Positions 38,955 through 49,462 of a stretch of DNA of 64,000 bases are shown here, one piece after another; position 1 is the stretch's first letter; each line of letters starts with the position of its first letter. The notes under the pieces are model-generated. The model worked only from the letters and a program-made list of their open reading frames with translations, ran no database searches and was not told where the DNA came from. Made by a program: the position numbers and the translations under genes. Source of the stretch: Spirochaetia bacterium (GTDB lineage: Bacteria; Spirochaetota; Spirochaetia; SZUA-6; Bin103); the NCBI GenBank assembly GCA_965203905.1, contig CBDBDQ010000005.1, forward strand, positions 6,240,001 to 6,304,000, in the 5' to 3' direction.

Positions 38955-39875
38955 ATGTACAAGCTGGTTTCGCTTTCATTCCTGGTACTGCTGCTGGGCG
39001 CCGGCGGCGCCGCCGGTCAGCACGCTTCGCGGCAGTGCGGACCGATCTACGATGTAACCGTCGCCGGCCTGCAACACTACGCTGCCGGCGACATCGCGCG
39101 GATGGCGCCGGCGACGGTGACCCGACACGTGGATGGCGACACGTTCTGGGTCCGCTTCGCGTGCCCGCCGCCGGGTCCCGAAGCCACCGAGAAGGTGCGC
39201 CTGATGGGGATCGATACGCCCGAGTTGGGACAGCCGGGAGCGGCGGAGGCCTTGCGCTACGTGCAGCGCCGGATCGGCGCGGCCCCCGTGTACCTGGCCT
39301 TCGACTTCCGCCGCCGGGACCGGTTCGACCGGCTGCTCGCCTACGTCTACCTGGCCGACGGCACGCTGCTCAACGCCCGCCTCATCGAGTGCCGGCTGGC
39401 ACAGCCCTACCGCGGAGACAGCAATCACTTCTCGAACCACTTCGAGCGCCTCGCCGTGGGGCCGCGGCCATCCGACTGTCCGGAGGATGCTCCGGATCCA
39501 CCGCCGCCCCCGCCCGGCGCGGTGGAGATCGAAACCATCGCCAACGCCCGCGGGGGCCGTGAACACCTCCTGATCCGCAACGACTCGGACGCGGAGATAG
39601 ACGTCAGCGGATGGCGGATCCGGGACGACGACGGCACCGAACTGCTGATCCCGCACACCGAACCGCTGGCCGCCAACGGCGGCACTCTGGCAATCTGCAG
39701 TGGAACTGGGGGATGCGTCGGCAACCCCGGCCCAAGCGTCACGTTGGTCAACCGGAACATCTGGGGCAACGACGGCGACGCCGCCGTGCTCTGCGCTGCC
39801 GGTGGCACAGAGGTAGACAGCTATTGCTACAAAGACGGCTGCTCCGGTGCTAAACCCGCTCCACGGTGCGCTTGA
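38955..39875 (+). CDS. Secreted thermonuclease (SNase) with C-terminal lamin tail-like domain
   Basis: Signal peptide, VDGDT, VRLMGIDTPE, DRFDRLLAYV; poly-Pro linker; IDVSGWRIRD, IWGNDGD. Confidence 0.85.
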   Translation: MYKLVSLSFLVLLLGAGGAAGQHASRQCGPIYDVTVAGLQHYAAGDIARMAPATVTRHVDGDTFWVRFACPPPGPEATEKVRLMGIDTPELGQPGAAEALRYVQRRIGAAPVYLAFDFRRRDRFDRLLAYVYLADGTLLNARLIECRLAQPYRGDSNHFSNHFERLAVGPRPSDCPEDAPDPPPPPPGAVEIETIANARGGREHLLIRNDSDAEIDVSGWRIRDDDGTELLIPHTEPLAANGGTLAICSGTGGCVGNPGPSVTLVNRNIWGNDGDAAVLCAAGGTEVDSYCYKDGCSGAKPAPRCA

Positions 39876-40644
39876 AGCGCTTGTAGACGGCGTACAGCGG
39901 CAGGTCCAGCTTCTTGGTGTCGGACCAGCGCCGCAGTGAGTCGCCGCGATCGGAGGCGGCGCGCGACGCGTAGCTGCGCAGCACCTTCTCCTCCCGGCGC
40001 AGGCGCTTGAAGCGATACTTCTCCTCCAGAAGCTGGACGAACTGTGCCGCCTCGGCGCGGTCCTCTGCGGCGAGCTGCGGGTTGGCCTGTTCCGAGCCGC
40101 CGTTCGGCTCCAGAATGGAACGCACCGCTTCCTCGAAGTTGCCGCTCTCCGTGCGTCGCAACTCCTGTTCCACCCGTGTCAGGAAGCCGCTGGGAACGAA
40201 CTTGATCTGATCCACCGCGTTGCGCAGCGCTATGCGCTTCTTCATGGCGGCGTCCGACCCCATGTCGCGCCGGCCCAGGAACAGGTAGGCGCCGATGCCG
40301 GCGGCGACCGCCACCAGCAACTCGTCCACGATCAGGATCGGATCGGGGACCGCGTAGGAGAGGATCATGAAGCTGGCAAAGAAGGCGCCGGCGGAAATGA
40401 GAAACCGCGGCACGAAGCGGGCGTCGGAGAGGAACCGCCGTACGGCGACCTCCACGTTCCGATACAAGTCGTTGCGAAACGAGGTGAGCAGCGCCACCGG
40501 CGGTTCCGCGCCGTAGCGGCCCTCGATTTCCTGCGTCTCGAGGGCGGATCGCAAGCGGTCGGAGTTCGCGAACGGATGGAGGATCAGCGACTGACCGTCA
40601 GTCCGGTAGAGGTGGAAGATGTACCTGCGTTCGTTCTTCCCCAT
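39850..40644 (-). CDS. Hypothetical membrane protein
   Basis: 264 aa, two central hydrophobic helices (PDPILIVDE), normal codon use. Confidence 0.75.
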   Translation of the reverse strand: MGKNERRYIFHLYRTDGQSLILHPFANSDRLRSALETQEIEGRYGAEPPVALLTSFRNDLYRNVEVAVRRFLSDARFVPRFLISAGAFFASFMILSYAVPDPILIVDELLVAVAAGIGAYLFLGRRDMGSDAAMKKRIALRNAVDQIKFVPSGFLTRVEQELRRTESGNFEEAVRSILEPNGGSEQANPQLAAEDRAEAAQFVQLLEEKYRFKRLRREEKVLRSYASRAASDRGDSLRRWSDTKKLDLPLYAVYKRFKRTVERV

Positions 40645-40707
40645 TACGGTACATAGTAAAGCGCCCAGACGCGCTCAGGTCAACGCGGCCGGGCGCAGTA
40701 CTCCCGG

Positions 40708-41559
40708 CTAGACTCCGGCCGCCTTGCTCAGCGCCTTGGCGGCGTACACGGTCGCCAGGTGACGGCGGTATTCGGCGCCCGCGAACGCGTCACTGAGCAC
40801 CTCCGCGTTCTGAGCCGCCACCGCGGCAGCAGCCGCGATGGCGTCGGCACTGGCCGGCCGGCCGCTCAGCGCGGCCTCCACCGCGCCATCCCGGAACGCC
40901 GCGTTGGCAACACCGGTGAACGCCACCCGCACGTCGCTGCAGGTGCCCCCGGAGGTGGCGACCACGGCCGCACAGCCCACCACGGCGAAACGCGAGGCGG
41001 GGTGCGGGAACTTCAGGTAGCAGGCCCCGCTCCCCGCGGCAGCCGCGGGCACCCGGATCTCGGTGATGATCTCGTCCGCCTGCAGGCCGGTCAGGAACAG
41101 GTCGACGAAGAAGTCGCCGGCGTCGATGACCCGTTCGCCTCCGGGCCCGCGGGCGACGATCTGCGCCTCGGCGGCCAGCACCGCCGCCGGATAGTCGGCC
41201 GCCGGATCGGCGTGTGCCAGACTGCCGCCGATGGTGCCCACGTTGCGCACCTGCACGTCGCCGATCACCGCCGCGGCCTGCGCCAGCAGCGGCGCCTGCC
41301 GCGCCACCAGGTCGCTGCTCGCGATGGTGTGGTGGGTGGTAGCGGCGCCGATGGCAACCGTTCCGTCCTGCTCCCTGACGTAGTTGAGCTCGCCGAGGTG
41401 GCCGATGTCGATCAGCGCGCCCGGCGAGGCCAGGCGCAGCTTCATGGAGGGGATCAGGCTGTGGCCCCCGGCCAGCAGCTTGGCGTCCCCGTGGCGCGCG
41501 AGCTGCGCCACGGCGTCGTCGACCGAGGCTGCGCGGTGGTAATCGAATGCACTACTCAT
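40708..41559 (-). CDS. coxM: Xanthine dehydrogenase/CO dehydrogenase family FAD subunit (CoxM-like)
   Basis: LAGGHSL, VRNVGTIGGS, ADPAAD. Confidence 0.9.
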   Translation of the reverse strand: MSSAFDYHRAASVDDAVAQLARHGDAKLLAGGHSLIPSMKLRLASPGALIDIGHLGELNYVREQDGTVAIGAATTHHTIASSDLVARQAPLLAQAAAVIGDVQVRNVGTIGGSLAHADPAADYPAAVLAAEAQIVARGPGGERVIDAGDFFVDLFLTGLQADEIITEIRVPAAAAGSGACYLKFPHPASRFAVVGCAAVVATSGGTCSDVRVAFTGVANAAFRDGAVEAALSGRPASADAIAAAAAVAAQNAEVLSDAFAGAEYRRHLATVYAAKALSKAAGV

Positions 41560-41583
41560 CTCAATCTCTCCTTGGCCGTAGCC

Positions 41584-43956
41584 TTAGCTCGTGGCCTCTT
41601 GGATCGCCTGCCATACGTTCTGCGGCGTCAGCGGCATCGCCAGATCGCGCACCCCCAGGTGCCACAGGGCGTCGACCGCCGCGTTGACCACCGCCGGCGT
41701 GGCGCCGATGGTGCCCGCCTCGCCGGCGCCCTTCACCCCCAGCGCGTTGTGCGGACACGGGGTAACGGTGCGGTCCAGCTCGAACGAGGGCAGGTCATCC
41801 GCCCGCGGCATCGCGTAGTCCATGTAGGAGCCGTTGAGGAGCTGGCCGTCGGCGTCGTAGATCGCCCCCTCCAGCAGCGCCTGGCCGATGCCGTGGCAGA
41901 CGCCGCCGTGCACCTGCCCGTCGACGATCTGCGGGTTCACCACGTTGCCCACGTCGTCGACCGCAACGAATCTCTTCAAAGTTACCCTGCCGGTGTCGCC
42001 GCACACCTCGACGATGCAAAGATGGGCGCCGAAGGGAAAGGTGAAGTTGGCCGGATCGTAGAAGCTGGTGAAGTCCAGCCCCGGCTCCAGCCCCTCGGGA
42101 TAGTTGTGCGGCACGTAGGCGGTGAGCGCCACGTCGCCGAAGCCCACCGACTGGTCGGTGCCGCGCACCGTCCACTTGCCGCCGGCGTACTCCAGGTCCT
42201 CCTCGGCCGCCTCCAGCAGGTGGGCGGCAATCTTGGCGCCCTTCTCCTTCACCTTCTCCAGGCTGCGCACGATGGCGCTGCCGCCGACCGCCAGGCTGCG
42301 CGAGCCGTAGGTGCCCATCCCGAACGGCACCTGGTCGGTGTCGCCGTGGATGATGTCGACATCCTCCATCGGAATCCCGAGGTGATCGGCCACCACCTGG
42401 GCGAAGGTGGTCTCGTGCCCCTGTCCATGGGTGTGACTGCCCACGAACACCGACACCTTCCCCGTAGGTTGCACCCGCACGATGGCACTTTCAAAAAGAC
42501 CGGCGCGGGCGCCCAGCGATCCGACCACCGCCGAGGGAGCGATGCCGCACGCCTCGATGTAGGTGGAGAAGCCGATGCCGAGGTAGCGGCCCTCGGCGCG
42601 CGCCGCCTCCTGCTGGCGCCGAAAGTCCTCGTAGCCCACCATCTCCAGGGCCCGGTCGAGCGTTCCCTGGTAGTTGCCGCTGTCGTACTGCAGCGCGACC
42701 TGGGTCTGGTAACCGGGCTGCTCCACGCCGTCGAACGGCGGAATGAAGTTCCTGCTGCGCAGCTCGGCCGGATCGATGCCCAGCTCGTGGGCGGCGGTGT
42801 CCACCAGCCGCTCCAGCAGGTAGGTCGCCTCCGGCCGTCCGGCGCCGCGCAGGGCGTCCACGGGCACGGTGTTGGTGAACACCGCGGTCACGTCGACGTA
42901 GATCGCCGGCGTGGTGTACAGCCCCTGCAGCAGCGTGCCGTAGAGGTAGGTCGGCACGCAGGTGGAGAAGGTCGAGAGGTAGGCGCCCATGTTGGCGTGG
43001 GTGGAGACGCGCAGACCGACGAAACGGCCGTCGGCGTCCAGTCCCAGCTTTGCCGTGGTCACGTGATCGCGGCCCTGGGCGTCCGACACGAAGCTCTCGC
43101 TGCGCTCGGCGGTCCACTTCACCGGGCGCCCGATCTGGCGCGAGCACCAAGTCGCCAGGACCTCCTCGGCGTAGTGGAAGATCTTGCTGCCGAAACCGCC
43201 GCCGACATCCGGCGAGACCACTCGCACCTTGTGCTCGGGCAGTCCCAACACGAAAGCGGTCAGCAACAGGCGAATCACGTGCGGGTTCTGGGATGAGGTG
43301 TACAGGGTGTGGTGGTCGCGCGCCGCGTCGTAGTCGCCGATCGCGCAGCGCGGCTCGATGGCGTTGGTCACCAGCCGTTGGTTGGTGATCTCCAGGGTGG
43401 TGACGTGAGCGGCGCCCGCCAGTGCAGCATCCGTGGCTTCCTCATCGCCCAGGCCCCAGTCGAAGGGGACGTTGCGCGCCACGTCATCGTGCACCAGGGG
43501 AGCCCCGTCGCCGGTGGCGGCCACCATGTCGACCGCGGCCGGTAGCACGCCGTAGTCCACCGCGACCAGCTCGGCGGCATCCTTGGCCTGGTCCCTGGTC
43601 TCGGCGATCACGATCGCCACCGGGTCGCCCACGTGGCGCACCTTGCCCACCGCCAGCACCGGGTGCGGCGGCTCCTTCATGGTGTCGCCGTTCTTGAAGT
43701 CCACCTGCCAGCCGCACGGCAGTCCGCCGACTCCGGCCGCTTCCAGGTCCTGGCCCACGTACGCGGCCACCACCCCCGGAGCCGCCAGCGCCGCGGAGGT
43801 ATCCACGCTGTTGATGGTGGCGTGGGCGTGCGGGCTGCGCACGATTGCGGCGTGCGTCATGCCCGGCAGCTTGATGTCGTCGGTGTAGCGCGCCTTGCCG
43901 GTGATGAAGCGCTGGTCCTCGACCCGCTTGACCGCCTGGCCGATGTAGTTTGCCAT
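41584..43956 (-). CDS. coxL: Molybdopterin-binding subunit, form II CoxL-like
   Basis: VGGGFGSK, ALRGAGRPE, GQGHET, GTYGSRS, GQVHGG, KGAGE. Confidence 0.88.
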   Translation of the reverse strand: MANYIGQAVKRVEDQRFITGKARYTDDIKLPGMTHAAIVRSPHAHATINSVDTSAALAAPGVVAAYVGQDLEAAGVGGLPCGWQVDFKNGDTMKEPPHPVLAVGKVRHVGDPVAIVIAETRDQAKDAAELVAVDYGVLPAAVDMVAATGDGAPLVHDDVARNVPFDWGLGDEEATDAALAGAAHVTTLEITNQRLVTNAIEPRCAIGDYDAARDHHTLYTSSQNPHVIRLLLTAFVLGLPEHKVRVVSPDVGGGFGSKIFHYAEEVLATWCSRQIGRPVKWTAERSESFVSDAQGRDHVTTAKLGLDADGRFVGLRVSTHANMGAYLSTFSTCVPTYLYGTLLQGLYTTPAIYVDVTAVFTNTVPVDALRGAGRPEATYLLERLVDTAAHELGIDPAELRSRNFIPPFDGVEQPGYQTQVALQYDSGNYQGTLDRALEMVGYEDFRRQQEAARAEGRYLGIGFSTYIEACGIAPSAVVGSLGARAGLFESAIVRVQPTGKVSVFVGSHTHGQGHETTFAQVVADHLGIPMEDVDIIHGDTDQVPFGMGTYGSRSLAVGGSAIVRSLEKVKEKGAKIAAHLLEAAEEDLEYAGGKWTVRGTDQSVGFGDVALTAYVPHNYPEGLEPGLDFTSFYDPANFTFPFGAHLCIVEVCGDTGRVTLKRFVAVDDVGNVVNPQIVDGQVHGGVCHGIGQALLEGAIYDADGQLLNGSYMDYAMPRADDLPSFELDRTVTPCPHNALGVKGAGEAGTIGATPAVVNAAVDALWHLGVRDLAMPLTPQNVWQAIQEATS

Positions 43957-43970
43957 CTCCCGTTCCTCCC

Positions 43971-44438
43971 CTAAGCCTTGGCGGCGGCCGCGTGGCGCAC
44001 CGACCGGACGATGTTCTCATACCCCGTGCAGCGGCAGAAGTTGCCCTCCAGGGCATGGCGGATCTCCGCGTCGCTGGGATCGGGGTTGCGCTCCAGGAGC
44101 TGCCAGGCGGCCATGATCATGCCCGGCGTGCAGAACCCGCACTGCAGGCCATGCTCCTCGTGGAACCCCTGCTGCAGCGGATGCAGCTCGCCGTTGCTTG
44201 CCAGCCCCTCGATGGTGGTGACGGTGGCGCCGTCTGCCTGCACCGCCAGCAGGGTGCAGCTCTTCACCGCGTTGCCGTTGACGGCGATGGTGCAGGCGCC
44301 GCAGCCGCTGGTGTCGCAGCCGACGTGGGTTCCCGTCAGCCCCAGCACGTCGCGCAGGAAGTCCACCAGCAACAGCCGCGGCTCCACCTCTTCCTGGTAG
44401 TTCCGGCCGTTGACGGTGACGCTGATAGACACGCTCAT
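43971..44438 (-). CDS. coxS: [2Fe-2S] subunit (CoxS-like)
   Basis: [24 protein letters not shown]. Confidence 0.92.
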   Translation of the reverse strand: MSVSISVTVNGRNYQEEVEPRLLLVDFLRDVLGLTGTHVGCDTSGCGACTIAVNGNAVKSCTLLAVQADGATVTTIEGLASNGELHPLQQGFHEEHGLQCGFCTPGMIMAAWQLLERNPDPSDAEIRHALEGNFCRCTGYENIVRSVRHAAAAKA

Positions 44439-44923
44439 GAATCCCCCTCCTGTGGCGCCGCCGGTACCGGCGTAGCGCTCCGTAGTTCTCGTTCCAGTGC
44501 TTGAAAGAATTGCTTGGTGAGCAGGCGGCCGACGCCGCTGAGGACGCGCTGGCCCATGCGTACCAGGAGCCCGGTGAGCCTGGCGTCCGCGGCGAACGTG
44601 ACCCGCGTCTGCTCCGGGTCGCTGCCCGCCACCGGAGTGGCGGTGACGGTGGCCTCCGCGGCCGTCGAACCGGCGTTGCCGGCGATGTCGATCAGCAGCC
44701 GGAAGCGCTCCGGCGCCACCCGGTCCGCCACCCGCAGCGTACCGCTGAAGGTGCTGTTGATCGGTCCCATCTTGATGGCGAACAGCGCGCGGTAGGTGTC
44801 CTCGCCCTGCGCCTGCAGCTCCTGCAGCCCCGGCGTGATGCGGGCCAGCACGTCGGCATCGTTCAACAGCTCCCAGACATGCCTTCGAGTGGCGGAAAAG
44901 GTGTGCTCGCCTTCCAGATGCAT
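44435..44923 (-). CDS. coxG: CoxG/SRPBCC family protein
   Basis: [26 protein letters not shown]; first gene of the cox cluster. Confidence 0.85.
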   Translation of the reverse strand: MHLEGEHTFSATRRHVWELLNDADVLARITPGLQELQAQGEDTYRALFAIKMGPINSTFSGTLRVADRVAPERFRLLIDIAGNAGSTAAEATVTATPVAGSDPEQTRVTFAADARLTGLLVRMGQRVLSGVGRLLTKQFFQALERELRSATPVPAAPQEGDS

Positions 44924-45105
44924 TGCCAGGCCCCGCACCCCGACTATAGCCGTTGATCGTATTCCCGTCAAAGCGCTCGCCGCGGAACTGCTTGCAGGTC
45001 AATTAATTAATCTACATTTACTCAAGTTATTCCAATTAATACATCGCCCGGCGGCACGGCACTGGACGAACCCGGCGCCGAACCTGCCACGGCGGCCGGC
45101 CGCGG

Positions 45106-45133
45106 TTGACTTTCCGTGGGGATGGCTTAGGCT
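45106..45133 (+). promoter_or_regulatory. Putative sigma70 promoter of the first peptide-ABC operon
   Basis: TTGACT-N16-TAGGCT upstream of RBS AAGGAG and ATG 45183. Confidence 0.5.
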
Positions 45134-45182
45134 GACGCTAGGTGGGCTCCGACCAACCAGCCCGCCGACGAAGGAGAGCACG

Positions 45183-47203
45183 ATGGGAAGACGGGTACTG
45201 GTCGCGGCGCTGCTTGCGCTCGTGGCGGGGATTCCGGCGGTTGCCGGAAGCACTTCCGAAACTGTGGCGGCGGGGCGGCGCCCGTGGAGCTGGGGCCGGG
45301 ACCGCTGACCGCCGCGGCACGCTGGCAGTCGCCGGGCGCATACGAGGCGGCCACCGGCAACTCGATCAGCAGCTTCAGCGAGGCGCCGGTGCTGGCGGCG
45401 ATGGTGAGCGCGGGAACGCTGCCTCCGGTCGCAGAGCGGGTGTCGGACGAGCCGCTGGTGGTGCAGCCGCTGGAGCGCATCGGCAAGTTCGGCGGCCAGC
45501 TCAACGTGACGATGCGCCAGGAGGACTTCTGGGGGCCGCAATCCTACATGCACCTGGAGCCGATTCTGGTCAAGGCACGGCCCGACCTGGTCCAGGTGAT
45601 CCCCAACATCGCCAAGGAGCTGGAGCAGAGCGCCGACGCGAAGCGCTACACGCTGCATCTGCGCAAGGGCATGAGCTGGTCCGACGGGGCGCCGTTCACG
45701 GCCGACGACTTCGTCTTCTGGTACGAGGACATCCTGCAGAACCAGGAGGTGATGGCGCGGGTCAGGGACCCCTGGAAGGCCGGCGGCGAGTTCGTGAAGG
45801 TGACCAAGATCGACGACACCACGGTGCAGTTCGACTTCGCCGTCACGGTGCCTGGCTTCGCGCACGCCCTGTCCAAGAGATCGGCGGGTTCCGGGGTTCA
45901 GACCGGCGGCCCGTTCTACCCGGCGCACTACACCAGGCAGTTCCACATCAAGTACAACCCGGACGCCGGCAAGCTGGCCAAGGAAGCGGGCTTCGACGAG
46001 TGGTACCAGCTCCTGGCGGCCAGGAACATCTACGGAGACAACCGCTACGCCGAAGGACTGCCGGTGCTGGACGCCTGGATCGCAGAGACGGTGGCCCTGG
46101 ACCACGTGCTCCTGACCCGCAACCCCTACTACTGGAAGGTCGACACCGCGGGCAACCAGCTGCCCTACATCGACCGGGTCCTGGGACAGTACGCCGGCAA
46201 CCCGGAACTGGTCGCCGCCAAGGCGATCAGCGGCGAGCAGGATGTCGGGCTGGGCATCTACGGCGGCAGCATGCAGATCGCCAAGGTCCCGGTGTTCATG
46301 CAGAACGCCGAGAAGAACAACTACCGCGTGTCGCTGCAGCGCACCATCGACTGGGCGGCGACGGAAGTGGCCTTGTTTCCCAACCACACCGTGGAGGACC
46401 CGGTGCTGCGCGAGCTGTTCCACACGCCCAAGTTCAAGCAGGCCCTCTCCCACGCCATCAACCGCGACGAGGTCAATGAGCTGATATTCCTGGACATGGG
46501 AGTGCCGCGCGGCGCGGTTATCCAGGACCAGGCGGCCTTCAACGGGACGCAGTGGGAGGACCTGTACATCGACTACGACCCGGAGCTGGCCAAGCGGCTG
46601 CTCGACGAGGTCGGTGTCACCGCCAACGCCGACGGCGTGCGCATGCGCTCCGACGGCAAGCCACTGGAGCTGATCCTCTCGGTGGCCTCGCGGCGGGCGT
46701 CACACCCCGGCGCCGGGGAGCTGATTGCCGACCACTGGAGCGACATCGGCATCAAGACGATCGTCGACGACCAGGGCCCGGGCAGGGACCTGTTCACCAC
46801 CGTCGGCGGCAACAAGGGCCAGATATACATGTGGTCGATCGAGGGCAGCTTCATGTCCAACATCCTGGAGAAGCCGCAGTGGTGGGGCCGCGGCGCCTGG
46901 TGGGGCCGGAGCTGGGAGGCCTGGTACGCCAGCGGCGGCAAGGAGGGCGAGGAGCCGACTGGGGAAGCCCGTGCGTTCATCGAAGCGTGGCGCACCCTCC
47001 TGGTCACGCCCGACGAGGCCGAACGGCTGGAGCTGGGCCACCAGGCGCTGGAGAACCTGAGCAGGAACCTCTGGTTCATCGGTGTCGTCGGCCCGGGACC
47101 GGACGTCCGCTTCGCCCGCAACAACCTCAAGAACATCGACCTGGACCGGCTGCCGCACCTGCAGTACGCATTCAGCGGCTCCTTCCAGTGGTACCTCGAG
47201 TAG
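45183..47203 (+). CDS. ABC substrate-binding protein (family 5) with a 1-bp frameshift at ~45272-45275
   Basis: Signal peptide MGRRVLVAALL lies in a different frame from the body (EAPVLA, WSDGAPFTADD, RNPYYWKVD); one extra G restores the frame. Confidence 0.88.
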
Positions 47204-47246
47204 CGACCGGCGCGCCGACCCGGCGTAGTTACCGCCCGCAGTGAAT

Positions 47247-47289
47247 CGGGAGCCGCGGTCCGGGGACGGGCCCCGGCTCCCGTTTTCTT
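47247..47289 (+). terminator. Stem-loop with U-tract after SBP gene
   Basis: CGGGAGCCG...CGGCTCCCG followed by TTTTCTT. Confidence 0.65.
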
Positions 47290-47293
47290 GGTA

Positions 47294-48289
47294 ATGGCTG
47301 GCTACATCTTCCGGCGACTTGCGTACATGCTCTTGCTCCTGCTGGTGCTCTCGGTGTGTGCCTTCGCCATCATCCAGCTGCCGCCGGGCGACTACATCAC
47401 CGACTACATCGCCGAGCTGCAGATGCGCGGCACGGACGTGAGCGAGGCGGAAATCGAGAATCTGCGCCACCAGTACGGCCTCGACAAGCCGCTCTACGTC
47501 CAGTATTTCCTCTGGATGGGCAAGATGGTGCGCGGCAACATGGGTTGGTCGTTCGCGCACCACCGCCCGGTGAGCGAATTGTTGTGGGAACGGCTGCCGA
47601 TGACGGCGCTGATTTCGCTGCTCTCCCTGGTGTTCGTCTACTTGGTGGCGGTACCCATCGGGATCTACTCGGCGACCCACCAGTACTCGTTCGCCGACTA
47701 CAGCTTTACCGTGGTCGGCTTCGTCGGTCTTGCCACGCCCAACTTCCTGCTGGCGCTGGTGCTGATGATCGTGTTCTTCCAGCTCTTCGGCCTCAAGATC
47801 GGTGGGCTGTTCTCCATCGCCTACGTCAACGCCCCGTGGAGCTTCGCCAAGGTCCTGGACCTCCTGCGCCATCTGCCGGTGCCGATCATCGTGATCGGTA
47901 CCGCGGGGACGGCCGGGCTGATTCGCGTCCTCCGCGGGTCGCTGCTCGACGAGCTGCGCAAGCAGTACGTGATCACGGCTCGCGCCAAGGGCATGGACGA
48001 GCGGCCGCTCCTGTTCAAGTACCCGGTGCGCGTGGCGGTGAACCCGCTGGTGAGCACCGTGGGCTGGCTGCTTCCCGAGATCGTATCCGGGGAGACGATC
48101 GTTGCCATCGTGCTGGGACTGCCGACGATCGGGCCGCTGGTGTTCTTTTCGTTGCTGCAGCAGGACATGTTCCTCGCCGGCAGCACCATCATGCTGCTCA
48201 GTTTTCTGACGGTAATCGGCACTCTGATATCCGATCTGATGCTGGTGTGGGTGGATCCGCGTATTCGCTTCGAGGCCGTGCAGAGGTAA
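47294..48289 (+). CDS. DppB/OppB-like ABC permease
   Basis: LPPGD, YGLDKP, YVITARAKG, DPRIR. Confidence 0.93.
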   Translation: MAGYIFRRLAYMLLLLLVLSVCAFAIIQLPPGDYITDYIAELQMRGTDVSEAEIENLRHQYGLDKPLYVQYFLWMGKMVRGNMGWSFAHHRPVSELLWERLPMTALISLLSLVFVYLVAVPIGIYSATHQYSFADYSFTVVGFVGLATPNFLLALVLMIVFFQLFGLKIGGLFSIAYVNAPWSFAKVLDLLRHLPVPIIVIGTAGTAGLIRVLRGSLLDELRKQYVITARAKGMDERPLLFKYPVRVAVNPLVSTVGWLLPEIVSGETIVAIVLGLPTIGPLVFFSLLQQDMFLAGSTIMLLSFLTVIGTLISDLMLVWVDPRIRFEAVQR

Positions 48290-48290
48290 C

Positions 48291-49433
48291 GTGCGCATGC
48301 GGGAGATGATGGCACCGCGTCGTCAGGGACTGGCCGACGCTCGCGGCGAGTTGACCGAGCGGTACTTCGTGGCGACGCAGTGGCAGTTGATGTGGCGCAA
48401 GTTCCGGCGCCATCGGCTGGCGCTGGTCGGGGCCGCGGTGCTTGCGGTCTTCTACCTGGGCGCGTTGTTCGCCGAGTTCCTGTCCCCGAGCGTACCGTCC
48501 GAGCGTTATGCAAAGATGGCATTTGCCCCGCCGCAACGGGTGCGCCTGTTGCACCAGGGCCGGCTGCGCGGTCCGTTCGTATACGGCTACCAGCGCACGA
48601 CGGACCCCGTGACGCTGCAGAAGAACTACCTCGCGGACGAGGCTCAACTGGTGCCGATCGGTCTGTTGGTACGCGGCCCCGAGTACAAGCTGTGGGGACT
48701 GTTCGCAGGTGACCGCCACCTGTTCGGCAGCGCCGAGGGTGCGCCGGTCATGTTGCTCGGGGCGGACAGTTTCGGGCGCGACCTGCTGACGCGCAACATC
48801 TACGCGGCGCGGGTGTCGCTCTCGGTCGGGCTGGCCGCGGTGCTGGTGAGCTTCGTGCTCGGCGTCATCCTGGGCGGCATCTCCGGCTACTTCGGGGGCT
48901 CGGTCGACCTCGCCATCCAACGCTTCATCGAGTTTCTGATGTCGCTGCCGACGATTCCGGTGTGGATGGGCCTGTCGGCGGCGCTGCCCCTCGAATGGTC
49001 TTCGATCAAGATATACTTCGTGGTCACGCTGATCCTGTCGATCATCGGCTGGACCGGCCTGGCTCGCGTCGTGCGCGGCAAGTTCCTGGAGTTGCGCGAA
49101 GGCGACTTCGTGACGGCGGCGCGGATCTCCGGGGCGCGCGAGGCAAGCATCATCGCAGCGCACCTGGTGCCCGCGTTCATGAGCTACCTCATCGTGCACC
49201 TGACCCTGGCGATCCCGCGCATCATTCTCGGCGAGACGGCGCTCAGTTTCCTGGGCCTCGGCATCCGCTCCCCGGCGGTGAGCTGGGGCACCCTGCTGAA
49301 GGACGCCCAAAACGTCGAGACCGTGGTGCTCTACCCGTGGCTGATGCTGCCCGCGCTGTTCGTGGTCGCGGCCGTGCTGATGTTCAACTTTCTCGGCGAC
49401 GGCCTGCGAGATGCCGCGGATCCATACGGGTAA
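48291..49433 (+). CDS. DppC/OppC-like ABC permease
   Basis: LGADSFGRD, ARVVRG, ETALSFLGLG, LGDGLRDAADP. Confidence 0.93.
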   Translation: MRMREMMAPRRQGLADARGELTERYFVATQWQLMWRKFRRHRLALVGAAVLAVFYLGALFAEFLSPSVPSERYAKMAFAPPQRVRLLHQGRLRGPFVYGYQRTTDPVTLQKNYLADEAQLVPIGLLVRGPEYKLWGLFAGDRHLFGSAEGAPVMLLGADSFGRDLLTRNIYAARVSLSVGLAAVLVSFVLGVILGGISGYFGGSVDLAIQRFIEFLMSLPTIPVWMGLSAALPLEWSSIKIYFVVTLILSIIGWTGLARVVRGKFLELREGDFVTAARISGAREASIIAAHLVPAFMSYLIVHLTLAIPRIILGETALSFLGLGIRSPAVSWGTLLKDAQNVETVVLYPWLMLPALFVVAAVLMFNFLGDGLRDAADPYG

Positions 49434-49462
49434 CGGCGGGTAACGCACCGAGGAGCGAATTG

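Noticed and set aside
40759-43296. Long antisense and alternate-frame ORFs (845 aa here; also 814-2670, 27929-29752, 46700-48298, 51990-53630, 54650-56200)
   Set aside because: Shadow ORFs of GC-rich genes: no motifs, and they fully overlap well-supported genes.
41584-43956. Bona fide form I CO dehydrogenase
   Set aside because: Lacks the AYxCSFR Cu-binding motif and the M-S-L gene order.
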